From NCBI RefSeq assembly GCF_009834535.1, contig NC_045696.1:22136001-22200000 (forward strand): a DNA stretch of 64,000 nucleotides, given 5' to 3'. Position numbers and translations under genes: made by a program. The DNA comes from Camelus ferus (lineage: Eukaryota). Position 1 is the first letter of the stretch. Every line of letters starts with the position of its first letter. The notes under the pieces are model-generated. The model saw nothing but the letters and a program-made list of their open reading frames with translations, was not told where the DNA came from and ran no database searches. This document shows, in pieces, positions 12,990 through 25,250 of this stretch.

Positions 12990-13582
12990 ATCCTCCCCAT
13001 TACTGATCCATACACCAGGCTGTCTCCCAAGCAAGCTTTCAAAGACAGATTTATCCATGTCACACTCCTACTTAAAAAATATACGATGGTATGATGCCTG
13101 AGGGCGGGGTTCAAACCCATCAGGAGGGTATTCGAAGTTCTGTACCATTGGACTCAGTTACTTCACTAATTTATTGCTCAGTACACTTGTCTATGAAATG
13201 TTCCCTCCAGGCAATTCCCCAAACACATCTAAACAAACATTCGGATATACATCCTTTATCTCTCTGCCTCTATAGATGCTCTCTGGCTCTTTCTGGATTG
13301 CCCTGCCCCCACACTCTCTCCAGAATATTCTTTTTACTTTTTAAGACCCACTCTAAGTATCCAATCTTCTGAAATGATTTCTCCAAATTTCTGTGCTCTC
13401 ATAATACTTTGCTTATAGCTCTATTTTGGCAAGCATTCATTTAGGGTCAGTCTCCAGCAAAGACTGAAAATGCCCTAAGGGCAAGGACAGTATCTCCTTG
13501 TGTCGTTTGCTCATCCCTTGCACAGGGACTGTTAGTTAGCAGACGCTCATTAAACTAATGCTGAGGAAATGAATTGAATCTA
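12990..13582 (+). mobile_element. L2 LINE 3' part
   Basis: CCATGTCACACTCCTACTTAAAA...AAGGGCAAGGACAG...GACGCTCATTAAA...GAATTGAAT tail. Confidence 0.7.
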
Positions 13583-14314
13583 TGAATACGTGCTTTCCAA
13601 ATTCTGATGACCATTAACTTTAGCTGGGCTAGTAGATTATTTTAACAAGTAGAGGCTTATTTTAGACATACTCTTGCTTATCTAATTTCCTAACACTGCA
13701 CATTTCCTGCAGCTCCACATCCAGTTCACTGATCAACTCTCAAACTGAAGGATAGCTTGTCATTACATCTGCAGTGAGTCACTTGCCTGGGGAAAAGAAC
13801 ATGCCACACATTTACATTTTGGCCTAAGGTAAAAGTGCTTTTCTCGTTTTCGGGAACAGAGCAAGACTCTTAAAGATTAAAACAGTAAATCCAATGCTGA
13901 TTGTGGTCAGTGATAAAAACCTAGTATCACTTATAAAAATGTACACTTTTCGGAGGCATGTTCCTGGTCTTGGACTGGTATTTGTGACCTTTACCAGTAC
14001 TGATGAGTCACCAAACTCCAAAGCCTCACACAGATGACTTGCGCAAACAGAGCCTGCAACAAGCTGTTTGACCAAAATGTTTCTTCGAGAAGGTTTTTAA
14101 CTGCCAATTATATCACTGGCGACCTTACAACTTCCACTAGGAGAAAAGGTCAAACATTTCTCTGAAAGGTCATTCTGGGGCAGGGTGCCTGAATGTGATG
14201 GCCAGGGAGAGACCACTGAGGAGGCACCTAGAATAGACTAGATGGAAGGAGACAAAGACGTGGCTTTGAAGGACCCTTCTGTACTATTTGAGGTACAGAC
14301 TGCCATATTTAGAG

Positions 14315-14350
14315 ACACACGCGCGCGCGCACACACACACACACACACAC
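14315..14350. repeat. (AC)3(GC)5(AC)10 alternating purine-pyrimidine microsatellite
   Basis: Read directly from the sequence. Confidence 0.95.
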
Positions 14351-14519
14351 TTTCAGTGTCTGTGTTTACCAGCATAATGTGGCACACTTGAACATACAGA
14401 CTGCTCTTTTCTGGGTAGCAGCAGTATAAAAGAAAGAAAATTAGACTGGAAGACAGGATATCTGACCAGAGGAACTTTGACTAAATGATAATAACAAATA
14501 ATAATCACAAAAGGTGGTC

Positions 14520-14715
14520 TAACAACCACTAATTATTTATATATGTTAAATGAGTTAGTCCTCTTAATAAATCCAAGAGGTGGGTACCATTACTTTGCAG
14601 ATGGGAAACTGAGGCACAACAAGACCAAGCTGACAACATCATACAGTTGTACGTGGCAAAGCTGGGATTTGAGACCAGGCATTTTGGCTAACAGGGTCTA
14701 GGCCTAGCCACTAGC
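14520..14715 (-). mobile_element. MIR SINE
   Basis: TTTGCAGATGGGAAACTGAGGCAC...GCTGGGATTTGAGACCAGG. Confidence 0.85.
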
Positions 14716-17165
14716 TCCAGCATTTAGTAAGTCTAGCATCTGTTTACAAAATGTATGATCTTATCACTTATGATTTTTCCCATTTGTTTGGGTTTCTAAG
14801 TATCAGATTTGCCTCCAAACAGCCTCCATTCTAAAGAGTATCTGCATGAAAGGAGAAATTATATATTCAAATAGTCGTGTCATATTAATTAAATGGACTG
14901 TATCACAGATGATCTTTTAGTTTAAAAAGCAGGAGACAACTAATAAAAAATGCTGTTTCTTCAACCATCATACAAATGCCTATTCATAAACTTATCCTTA
15001 GGTCATAAAAACCCTGCTTCTGTAACAGGCACAGAAACAGACACCTCCTGTCATTCAGTGATTCTACACCCCATCTCCCCCTGTATTTGCTGCAGTCCCA
15101 CAAAGTGAAAAATGCTTCTTTTAAAAAACAGAAAGTAAAAAACCACATCACTGTAGGTTTAACCCTTCTGGTACCCAAGAGTGTCTTCTCTGGAAGACCT
15201 CTAGAAGTACTATTCAGCTCAATCATAACTAGGGCAACATTGCATCTCTTGAGACTAACAACACAAATACGTGCTCAGAAATTACAGCAAGTGAGAGCCG
15301 TGAGTGTGCTGGAGGGGACGGGCCCCTAGGAGGCGTGCAGTGCCTGAGTGTCTAGCAACCTGATCTCAGCAAAAATGTCTGGTAAACCAGATTTGCCGTA
15401 TAATGCCCCATCTCCACTTCCAGCAAGACTGAACCTCAGGATTTCATCTCTTTACCCAGAGCGGGAACATGTCCAATTGTAGCTGTTTCTCAGCCTGCCA
15501 GTTTTATGAGGGCAGTGAACTAGAGAATATTGTGTTATTAAACCATAACCAAGCAGTAAATGACAGGGAGGAAAACAAAAGCAAATTCTGCTGAGCAGGG
15601 TGGAATTTTTTTTTTTTAAGTGAACGACTCTACCTTAGTCTGAATGAGCAAACAGTCCAGCGTTTCTTAGGAATTTGTCATCATACTTCATCTTTATTGT
15701 GTCTTCAGTTTAGCAACAGAAGCAATATTTGAAAGAAGCAGATTCCACGTGGGTGAAGGAAACCTGAGAGGACACTGGTGCCCTAACAGTTGTGACAATT
15801 ACCAAATGACTCCGTTTCAGTAACTCTTAGGGTTTTGCTTTCGAATTTGTGAACAAACACACAGGGGAGAGGGTCAAACTCAAAATTTCAATCTTCTCCG
15901 CTTTCCTGAAACTACTGAGTGTTGGCAGCAGTATGTTTTGCTTATGAAGTTCAGATTTGTTCAGGGAGTCAGTGGGGAAAGAAGGATTCAGAGCAATGCC
16001 ATAAAACAGACAAAAACCAGTCTTTGGACTATGGGGGCCTGAGCAGGGGTGTGATGAATGGTAGTCCTCTGGGAGGCTGAGAGTGTTGACATCCCATCAA
16101 ACCTATTTCTACCTAACTTTTCAAACTACTCCCACCCCCAGAGCTGGAGCAGAATTTGGGAGACGAAGGCCACAGCACCTTTGTACCACATAACAAAGCA
16201 TGAAACTCAGTAGCTTCTCTGCTTGCTTCAATAATCTCTGCTTCCTTCAATAATAACATGGACAATCACCAAAAGATCCTTATTAAGTCTATGTGTGTTA
16301 TACTATAAAAGCCAAAAAAAGGGAAAGAAAAAAAAAAACCTATACAAGGGATGTTCTCCACCTACCCACACCAACCCCCCATTATTTGAAACAATGTTGA
16401 GGGAATTCAATTGAAGCAAAATCATCGTGATGCGTCATGGGATGGAAATTAACGTTCGAATTTGGTAGACAGAGAACCTGAAGTTCTAAGACTTTGCTGT
16501 CTTCCTCAAGCCCACAAAGCTTCAAAGGTTGTTGTAGCAATTCGGAGAACAGAGAGTTGTTCAAGGTCAAAGCTGCCCATAGCAGAAGCTTTGGAACTTT
16601 GGGAGCCTCCTTTTTTAGCAAAGTCTCAGACTCTAAAGAATTGGGAGGATTAAACTTTATACCTTATCTAAAAAAAAAAAAAAAGTCAAGTTAAAATGCT
16701 TCCTAAAATTAATATAGTCATAAAGGTCTTAAATCTTACATAGTTTCTTTGGAAGCAGACTCCCTTTCATGTCTGGAGTGAGAGTTAGGGACGTTGTTTG
16801 CATTACAAATGACCATCAGCAAAAATTTTCATTAGAAGACAAGGGACTCTTACTAGAAGATGATTCACCTTTAATTTTGCTGAGAAAACTAATTAGCTCT
16901 TGCTAAGGCTTTTTCAAGGATCTTTTGAAAAAAACTAAAAGGAAGTGGAGAAAAAAGAAGAAACCAGTATACAGGGGTGGTGAGGACAAAAATTATGCTC
17001 CTTAATGAAAATATTAAAGAACAATCTGCTCACCAGACCAAATAGAACCAGGCAGTCAAAACAGTTACGTCTTGGAATGAAAGATAGTTGAGTGAAAGAA
17101 AAAACAGCATATAGGAACAAGTCCTGCTCGCAAACATTTTTTAGGCCACCTCTTAAATCCTAGCA

Positions 17166-17385
17166 CAGTAGTCCCCTCTAGTACATGGTTTCACTTTCTG
17201 TGGCTTCAGTTAACCCTTGATCAACTGTGATCCAAAAATATTAAATGGAAAATTCTAGAAATAAATAACATGTCAGCTTTAAATAGTGGGCCCCTTCTGA
17301 GAAGCACGATAAACTCTCGCATGGTCCTGCTCCCTCCCAAGCAGGAAAAGTCATCTCTAACACCAGCCTCCTGCCCCACCATCTA
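17166..17385 (+). mobile_element. MER44/Tigger7-type TcMar-Tigger fragment
   Basis: CAGTAGTCCCC terminus followed by GGTTTCACTTTCTGTGGCTTCAGTTA...AAAATATTAAATGGAAAATTCTAGAAATAAA. Confidence 0.8.
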
Positions 17386-17479
17386 CACCTGCATCATACA
17401 ACTTCTCCCATCTCACCCAGTTTCTTTCCCTGACATTTGCTTTCTCTGCCAGAAATGGAAGCCCTTGTGTGGCCAAGGT

Positions 17480-17657
17480 CAGGACCAACGTCATGGACAT
17501 GCAACCTGGATACTCAGAAGGGCCTCACATGTGCTTTCTGCTCTGTAGTTGCCTTCTTGAAATTCTACATACATATATATATATATTTTTTTTTTAATCA
17601 AAGGATCCTTCATTTTTATTTTGCACTGGGTCCCTCAAATTATGTTCTTGTGACTCT
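17480..17657 (+). mobile_element. MER91-type hAT-Tip100 MITE
   Basis: CTCAGAAGGGCC...CTTGAAATTCT...CATTTTTATTTTGCACTGGGTCCCTCAAATTATGT. Confidence 0.75.
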
Positions 17658-17689
17658 AGTCTATTCTTTTGAAATCTAGACATTAGGAC

Positions 17690-18100
17690 TGTAACAGAAA
17701 AACAAACATGACTCCCTATAGCCTAAAATATACAGGATAACCCATTCTCAAGGCCTGCCTCCCAGACTTGACCTTTAAAGCTTTAATTAAAAGCTGCAGA
17801 ACAGAAAATAACAATTGTCTTATTGCAGTTTTATAGGAGCATTGTGACCAGACCTATGAGCACACCTGCAAGAACAAAGGGTTTTGGCACCAAGAAGTTT
17901 GCAACAACCAGCCATACCCCTCCCCTTTTAAAAGAAGCCTGAGTTCTAACTTGGGTAACATGGTTCTTTGGGACACTAGTCCACCGTCTTCTCAGTCTGC
18001 TGGCTTTCTGAATAAAGTCGCTGTTCCTTGCTCCAACACCTCATCTCTCAGTGTATTGGCCTCTCATGTGGCAAGCAGTACATGCCTGGGCTCGGCGATA
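17690..18100 (+). mobile_element. ERV1-class solo LTR (MER41-like)
   Basis: TGTAAC start, TATA-like TTTAAAA, AATAAA at 18011, CTCGGCGATA end (decayed ...GGTAACA), and 4-bp TSD GGAC/CGAC. Confidence 0.8.
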
Positions 18101-18494
18101 CGACCAGAAAGGTTTCCCGTCAGCATGGTGCCTGGCCTCTATATGGTGCCTGGCATCCCCGACCTCATCACAACAGACTACTGAAGTCTAAGTAGTGATT
18201 AACCTTCAAGAGCTACTGTCCTTTCTCTGGGAGTTAAGGACTACAGTAAAAGTGGTTGTTTGGATTCCTCCCCAGACTCAAGGGAGCAGCAACTTCTGAA
18301 CAATGCCATTCAGGAAGACTGGTCTTCTCATCAGTCACAGCCCACTGACCCACTGGCACAGTCCAGACTGTTTCTGGGTCTCTCCAACAACCTCCTGGGT
18401 AAACACCTCAGGGCTAACTGAACAAAAGTAACAGAGGTACGATTGCATTACTACACTGTTGCTTCACTCACACAATTACTATAGCTTATTACGA

Positions 18495-18643
18495 TGGATC
18501 TGAACCTGCAGTGTCAGTATTACCTGGGAATTTGTCAGAAATATACACTCTCAGATCTACTGAATCAAATTCGGGAGAGGGGAGCAGCAACCTGAGTTTA
18601 AGAAATCTATCCAGGTGATCCTGAAAGCATTGAGAACGACTGG
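18495..18643. mobile_element. MER5A1-type MITE
   Basis: ATTACCTGGGAATTTGTCAGAAAT...TCTACTGAATCA...TCCAGGTGATCCTGA...TTGAGAACGACTG. Confidence 0.7.
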
Positions 18644-18744
18644 CTCACTAGAAATGGGGGAAACAGTATCTTCTGGTTGCAAATATACAGCATCAACTAT
18701 GAAAAATATCCTCCACCATTCAGTTTATAGGAGAAAAGTTACAC

Positions 18745-19170
18745 TTTTTCATTCATTCATCTACTTCAATCAGAATTGCTTTATGTTTATGCTAAATACA
18801 TTTGTGTGTGTGTGTGTGTGTTTAAGCCCCTCAGATGAGTCAGGCACTAAAATAGATATAATGGATATAAGGATAATGGTTTGTGTCATAAAAGGGCTTA
18901 TCATCCAACACAGGAAGACGAGAGGCAAATTCATAAACATGAGTAGCTCTGCTCAGAATGCTGGATGAGAAACTTGAGAAAGTGCAGCATGCATTTGGCC
19001 AAGGGAGAGATTATGCAGTTTGTTGGGGCAGGATTAGGGAACTGTTTAATGAACACATAATGCAGCTAGAATTTTGACCTGTAGTAAGTGGGGAAGAGAA
19101 CCTTCCAGGCACACAAAGGGCATCAAGACATGAGGTGGAGAAGAATAGAGTGTGTTTCCAGATAAGCATC
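18745..19170 (-). mobile_element. L2 3' fragment
   Basis: ATTCATTCAT tail and ACCTTCCAGGCAC motif; heavily degraded. Confidence 0.55.
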
Positions 19171-19593
19171 GAATTCACTCTGTTAGAGCAGAGATTCTAT
19201 GAAAAAGATTAATCTGAGAATAAACCAGAATAATAGTGTGGGAACAACTTGTGGAGAGAGGGCCCTGAGAGCAAGGCAGAGCTCTGGCTTCTGATGAGAG
19301 CGAGAGCTGTGCCCTGAGGTCTGTTAACAGAGGTGGGTAGAACCACCTTCTCCATCTCAGCCCCATCTCCACTGTGCAATGCCAGGCAAAGCACTTAAGC
19401 TCTCTGAGACACTGTTTTGACAAAGAGAAGAATGTATTTGTCCTTCTACTTGACAGGTAAAATGAGGAGTCTAGAGCCATTTGGAGATAGAGCTACATGG
19501 CTGGGTCCACCCCTGCTGAGACTAGATGCTTCTCCGTGGCTCTTGCCAGCCAATGTAGAGGATGCTCTTTGTTTTGTTTTGATTCATTGTTTC

Positions 19594-19838
19594 TTTTTTT
19601 AATTGAAGTATAATAGATTTATAGTGTTGTGTTAACTTCTGGTATACAACACAGTGATTCATTTATACATACACATATATTCATTTTCATATTCTTTTTC
19701 ATTATAGGCTATTACAAAGTATTGAATATAGTTCCCTGTGCTATAGAGGAGGACCTTGTTGTTTTATCTATTTTATATATAGTAGTTAGTATCTGCAAAC
19801 CCCAGACTCCCAATTTATCCCTCCCCCCCCCCCCCTTT
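19594..19838 (-). mobile_element. Young 5'-truncated L1 3' end (camelid/cetartiodactyl type)
   Basis: TTTTTTTAATTGAAGTATA...GAATATAGTTCCCTGTGCTATA...CTCCCAATTTATCCCTCCCCC; near reverse complement of the copy at 23195. Confidence 0.9.
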
Positions 19839-20369
19839 CACATCAGAATCCTTCAGGAAGCCTGGGGACTTTAATTTTTTTTTAAGTCAGGAATAATTTG
19901 TAGTTTGGAAGGTTCTTCTGGGCAAGGCTATGTTTAAGCTTCCACTTTTAGACACCAGGCTTCCAGCTCATTGTCCCCACTCCCATCTCCTGTGTGATCT
20001 ACGGATGGACTAATCAGCAGTAGCTGTGGGCCTCTTTACGTCCGGGAGCAAGAGACATCTGTGACAACATGATGGGACCTGAGGCAAGGGAGGACTGTCA
20101 TTTGTTAACTACCTTTCTAGCTGCTGCTGCCTGTTTCATTACACTCACTCTTCCAGACTTTTCTAAGTCTGGACAAAGAAATGTGGGCAAATAAATTTCA
20201 AAAAGCCAAATAGTCAATTACAAAATACGTACACCCTTGGGGAAAAAAAAATTATCTCTTGCGTGTGAGTTCTTGTGGGCAAAGACTATTTATGGTTAAT
20301 TCTGAACAGCACTCAAATGAGATAAAGTAATTTGATGCTCTGAGGGCTCGTTTTAAGAAGCAATATTAA

Positions 20370-20895
20370 AATAGCTGGGGAATGTAAATTAGTACTACTT
20401 CTATGAACAGCACATTGGCAATGCCCATCAAAACTTAAATTACATGTAAAATGCAAGCCAGAAGTTATACTTCTAGGACTTTACGTTACAGATATCCTCA
20501 AATAGGCAAATTAGCTCTACACAAGGTCATCCAATAAAATATTGTTTGTATTAACATTTTTTAAAAGGATTAGAAATTAAAGTATAGCCATAGAATACTT
20601 ACCAACCAGAGCAAAGAATGGGGAAACGCTTTATGTACTGATATGGAGAAAGCTCTAATACATACTGGTTTTGACAAATGGGAAAGGTTACACAGTGTGA
20701 TCAGCATATTACCATAGTTTTTTCTTAATTTACGTATTTTATTTATACAAAAAATATGGGTACAAAAGAAACAACACTGGCAACTTACAAGGAAAGAAAC
20801 TCGAGCACATGGGATGAAAGAGACTTTTCATTGCATATCCTTTTGTTTCTTTTGATTTTAGAGCTGTGTTGACGCATTATCAATTTAAAAAAAAA
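20370..20895 (+). mobile_element. Old L1 3' fragment (L1ME-type)
   Basis: GCTGGGGAATGTAAATTAGTAC...ATACTTCTAGG...AGACTTTTCATTGCATATCCTTTTGT followed by an A-tail. Confidence 0.65.
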
Positions 20896-22280
20896 ATAAG
20901 TGAAGTAAAGTAAGAATTCTAAACAGCTTTAAAAATACATAAATTATTAGCCTGAAAAAAATAATTCAAATTTCTCTTAATCATTTTAAAAGACATTTAA
21001 AGAGTCAGTTTTGACGCTCTTTTTCCAGAGGCTCAATGAAACTTCACTCTAAAAAATAAATTAAATATATTTGTCCTGCTAAGAAAAACAGGATGGACCA
21101 AGTTTCCTTCTTTGCCTTTATCCCAAAGAGACAAGGCCAAAAGGTAACTCAGGGAGGAAAAAGGCACTGGAATAGCAATCAGGAGGACAATATGTGAAGT
21201 ATAGAAGGGGAAGCTACATTAAGCCAAGTATCTATTTCAATGTCCCTTGTTTCAGAAAAAGATGTCATTGAACTCAGCAAAGTATATGCCACACAAAAAT
21301 GCAAAGTCCATAAAAATAAACAAATTGCTCAATAAAAATTAATCCATCACTCACTCAACAGACACACAAGTTTGGTAATGAAACCAGAGAAAGTCATTGC
21401 ACGAGACCTCATAAAGATAACACCATGCCAAGTAATGACTAACTGACCCACAATAGCCTTACAGTAGTTAAGTTCACCCTGCTGTTACTTGTAGTATCAT
21501 CAAATGTAGGCAGCAGTCATAATCACAAAACATAACTGAGTAAAAGCCATTGTCCAGGGGACTGAAGCAATGAAATCTAGATAAGCAGCCCTGCCACCAT
21601 CTAAGTTAAGTATGGATTTCAGATCATCTGAGGAAAGGAAGAGCTGCGTATCTTTCAAGCTGTCTTCCACAAATATCACTCTTCTCAGTGGGCTTTTGCT
21701 TCGTACTGAGTGGCTGTGAATTTAATGTTATACTTCCTGACAAGTGCCTGGAGACATTCTCAGGTACTGCTGTTAGGAGAGAATGATGGGTTTTAATCAT
21801 CAGCAATGCTAGCACTGAATTAACATCTTTTAACATAGGCTGACGAGTGTTTCCAAACCACGTGGAGGTAGAAGATCTAACTACTCTGCATAGAACTGAG
21901 CTGATGAGAGGGTCAAGATTTCCCTTAAGAACACTTTGGGCCCATTCCAACATATTCATGAATGGAGGACTGATGCTCAAAATTTGACAAAAAATTGAAA
22001 AGTTGCAATATTTTTGCCTGGAAAAGATAAAGACATGTATTTACCAAAAGTTCATCCTAGTCATTTTTTAAAGCCAGAAATGCACCCAGAGAACATTTAA
22101 ATTTGAGTTAATGTCTTCATGGTAAAAGATCAAAAATAAACTGGTTATAAAATGTATGTCTCGGTAACTAAGTCAGTTGACTTACATGCATGTCAGCACA
22201 AAGCCAGTTAAATGTTAGAGGATGCTTAAATAAGAAAGCTGATTTGGCTATATTTTATCTGAAGATATTCCTCTTGGCAG

Positions 22281-22573
22281 TGTATCAGTTAGAATAGTTT
22301 CAGCCTTGTTTAACAGAAAAACCAAAATAACAGTGGCTGATATAAGAGAATTTAATTTTTCTTTATATAAAAGAAATCTAAAGATAAGCAATTTGGTTCA
22401 GTAGTCATCAGGGACCAGGATTCCTGCTATCTTTTTCCTCACTTACCCTTGGCCACCCTAGGACGGTTTCCATTTGCAAGGTCACCTGCATGGTCCAAGA
22501 TGGCAGCTGCAGCTTCTGCCAACATACTCAAAAACAAAGAAAGGGGAGGAAAGAGGGCACAACTCCCACTGAG
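22281..22573 (-). mobile_element. MLT1J/K-type MaLR LTR, interrupted by MER67
   Basis: TGTATCAGTTAG...AATAACAGTGGCT...GGTCCAAGATGGCAGCTGCAGCT. Confidence 0.7.
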
Positions 22574-23556
22574 TGCTGGGGAAACATAATTAAAAACGAA
22601 ATCTTCTCCTGATCCAGAAATCCTCTCCACAAATGTAGCAAGAAAGAAAACACTTTCTTTGTTGAATAAACATTAAATCAGAATGCAATGCCCATCACAG
22701 ACAATTGAAAAGAGATAGCAAAAAAAAAAAAAAAAAATGGAGAGACATCCCACCCTTCACCCACATAGCCAAGCAGATAAAACCCATTACATACATGTTC
22801 TCAAGATAAACCAAAGTCCTTAGGTTAGAAGACACCATTTTGTTTCACATAGTTCCCCCTACATTTACCTGGCAATTGAGGAGCCCATTTGTGTCAGTTA
22901 CTTGGTTTTATGCAAAGGGAAAACAAACTTCTCATATCTTTGTGTCAGAACGTAGTTTTACAACTTGGAACCAGGTCAGCTGAAGTTAGGCTCCTATCCT
23001 CCTGCTGAAACCTGGGAATGGGGCACTGTCTTCCTTGGATGTTTACATAGAAAGGAGTTGTTTCCCAAGTTCTTAAGAAATGCATTCCTGGGTCAAAAAG
23101 CTGACAAAGGCCTATCTAGTCTATGACAGAATTTATATACACCCCAAAAAGAAGAGAAAGTACTTCCAATTACAAGTTTCTAAAGCAAATACTCCATTAT
23201 GGTTGGTGGGGGAAAGGGTTAGAAAGGGATAAATTGGGAGTTCGAGATTTGCAGATACTAACTACTATATATAAAATAGATAAACAAGTTTCTTCTGTAT
23301 AGCACAGGGAACTATATTCAACATCTTGTAGTAATCTGTAATGAGAAAGAAGATGAAATGAATATATGTATGTATACATATGACTGAAACATTATGCTGT
23401 ACATCAGAAATTGATATAACATTGTAAACTGACTATACTACAATTAATTAATTAAAGTAAAAGCTCTAACAAAAAGGATGGAGAAGGGAAATCTCTTCCC
23501 TTATTTTCAACAGAGAGAATTAAGCCTCTTACTTTCAATTTATATTTGTTCTTGCA
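22574..23556 (-). mobile_element. MER67-type ERV1 solo LTR, interrupted by an L1 fragment
   Basis: The reverse complement begins TGCAAGAACAAATATAAATTGAAAGTAAGAGGCTTAATTCTCTCTGTTGAAAATAAGGGAAGAGATTTCCC. Flanks are TGAG/TGTG. Confidence 0.8.
23195..23452 (+). mobile_element. Young 5'-truncated L1 3' end with TSD
   Basis: GGGATAAATTGGGAGTTCGAGATTTGCAGATAC...ACATTGTAAACTGACTATAC. TSD is TAAAGCAAATACTC (23181-23194) / TAAAGTAAAAGCTC (23453-23466). Confidence 0.9.
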
Positions 23557-23579
23557 TGTGTCAACAGCCTTTAAGGGGT

Positions 23580-25250
23580 GGTCCCATTTATAACAGCAAC
23601 AAAAATTACAGAATACCTAGGAATTATCTTAATAAGAAATGAACAAAAACTAAAGATTTAAAAACCCACTGATGAACACAAAAGAAAAATTGATCAAAAG
23701 GAAAAGGAAAGGCATGCTCTGTTTTAGTATGAGAAAAAACTCGACATGGTATAAATGTCAATTACTCATATATTTTTAATTCTTTTAATACAAAAAATAA
23801 TGACTTTTTTAAACTAGACAAGATAACACTGTAGCTTATTTTTTAAAAGTAAATAGGCAAAAAACAGCCAGGAAAACTGTATCAGTGAAGAGCAATACAG
23901 GAGAATGATCCTTGTTGAAATATAAGGTCTTAACAGTTATAGCAGTGCTGTCTGGCTCATGAATAAATAGACCAAGTCACAGGATAGAATGTCTAAAAAT
24001 AGACCAAAATACATAAGAGGATTAAGGATGACAATTCAGATCAATAGGAAAAAGACAAGCTATTTAATTTATGCTGATGGGACAACTGGGTAGCCATCTG
24101 GGGAAAAAATTAAAATAGAATTCAATCTTACAATGTACCCAGAAAAAAATTCTTAATCGAAAACTCAAAAAAGAAAGAAAGCCATAAATGCAATAGAAGA
24201 AGACAAGGAAAGATCTTTCTGACTGTGATTCCACTAACCAGAAGTCTTAAAAGAAGACTGATAAATTCAATCACACAGTCAAAGCTTATGTGTAACAAAA
24301 CAAAACAAACCAAAGAATCAAAAGCAAAAAGCCTATAAGCAAAATGAAAAGACAATGACAAATTGGGAAACACATCTGAAACTTACTGTAGACAAAAACC
24401 TAACATCCCTAAAATATAAAGTGTGTTTCAACAGATAAGAAAAAATAAATAAATAAAAATGGATAAAGGATATGAATAGATAATTCACCAAAAAGAAAAA
24501 AATAACTGGGCCTAAAATATCTGGAAAAGATGCATAAGCTCCCTTGTAACGTAAGGAATACAGATCAGAACAACCTGTCATTTTCACCTGTTAGATGGAT
24601 AAAAAGACAAAAGTTTCATAACACACTGAGTTGATTAAAATGCAAAAAAATCGGCACTCTCATAAATTGCTGGTAGGGCTATAACTTGTCTCAAGCCCTA
24701 ATGGAATATAATTGGACAACATCTACAAGAATAACAAATTCTTAATATATTCTTGGAATTAGCAACTCCAATTCTAACGTTTTATTCTCGCACATATGTA
24801 AAATGTTTATGTACACAGTTTCTCACTGAAGCACTTTATTGGGAACAATCCAATAAAATATTATGCAGTTACAAAAAAAAGAATGGGGAAGTTATTTACG
24901 TACTTTTATATAATTATTTACAAAATATGTTAATACAAAAAGAGGTAGAAAAATTTGTATAGTATGCTACCTGCCATTTATATAAGAAGAGCAGAAAAAT
25001 AATATTTGTATTTATTTATATATTAATAAAGTTAAATTCCATTTCTCTTTTCCCATTCTCATTTTCCTCCTCCTCTCCTCACAAAAACATGACAAAAATT
25101 TCAGGATTAATTAAATAAATGTGGTTACCTTACTGGAAAGAGGGTGCCAGCTGGGGCAAGTAAGGATGGGGTGGGAAGGAGACTGCTCAGTGCAGATTTT
25201 TATAGATATTTTTAACCAAGCAGGTTTATTACTATTTTAAGTAACAATTT
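23580..25250 (+). mobile_element. Old L1 (L1ME/L1MC-type) ORF2 3' half and 3'UTR relic
   Basis: A-rich, with AATACCTAGGAATT, GGGACAACTGGGTAGCCATCTGG and CACTCTCATAAATTGCTGGT landmarks in L1 order. Confidence 0.75.

Noticed and set aside
12520..13101. Longest ORF in the track (193 aa)
   Set aside because: It lies almost entirely in an MLT1A LTR, starts at a non-ATG codon and has no recognisable domain.
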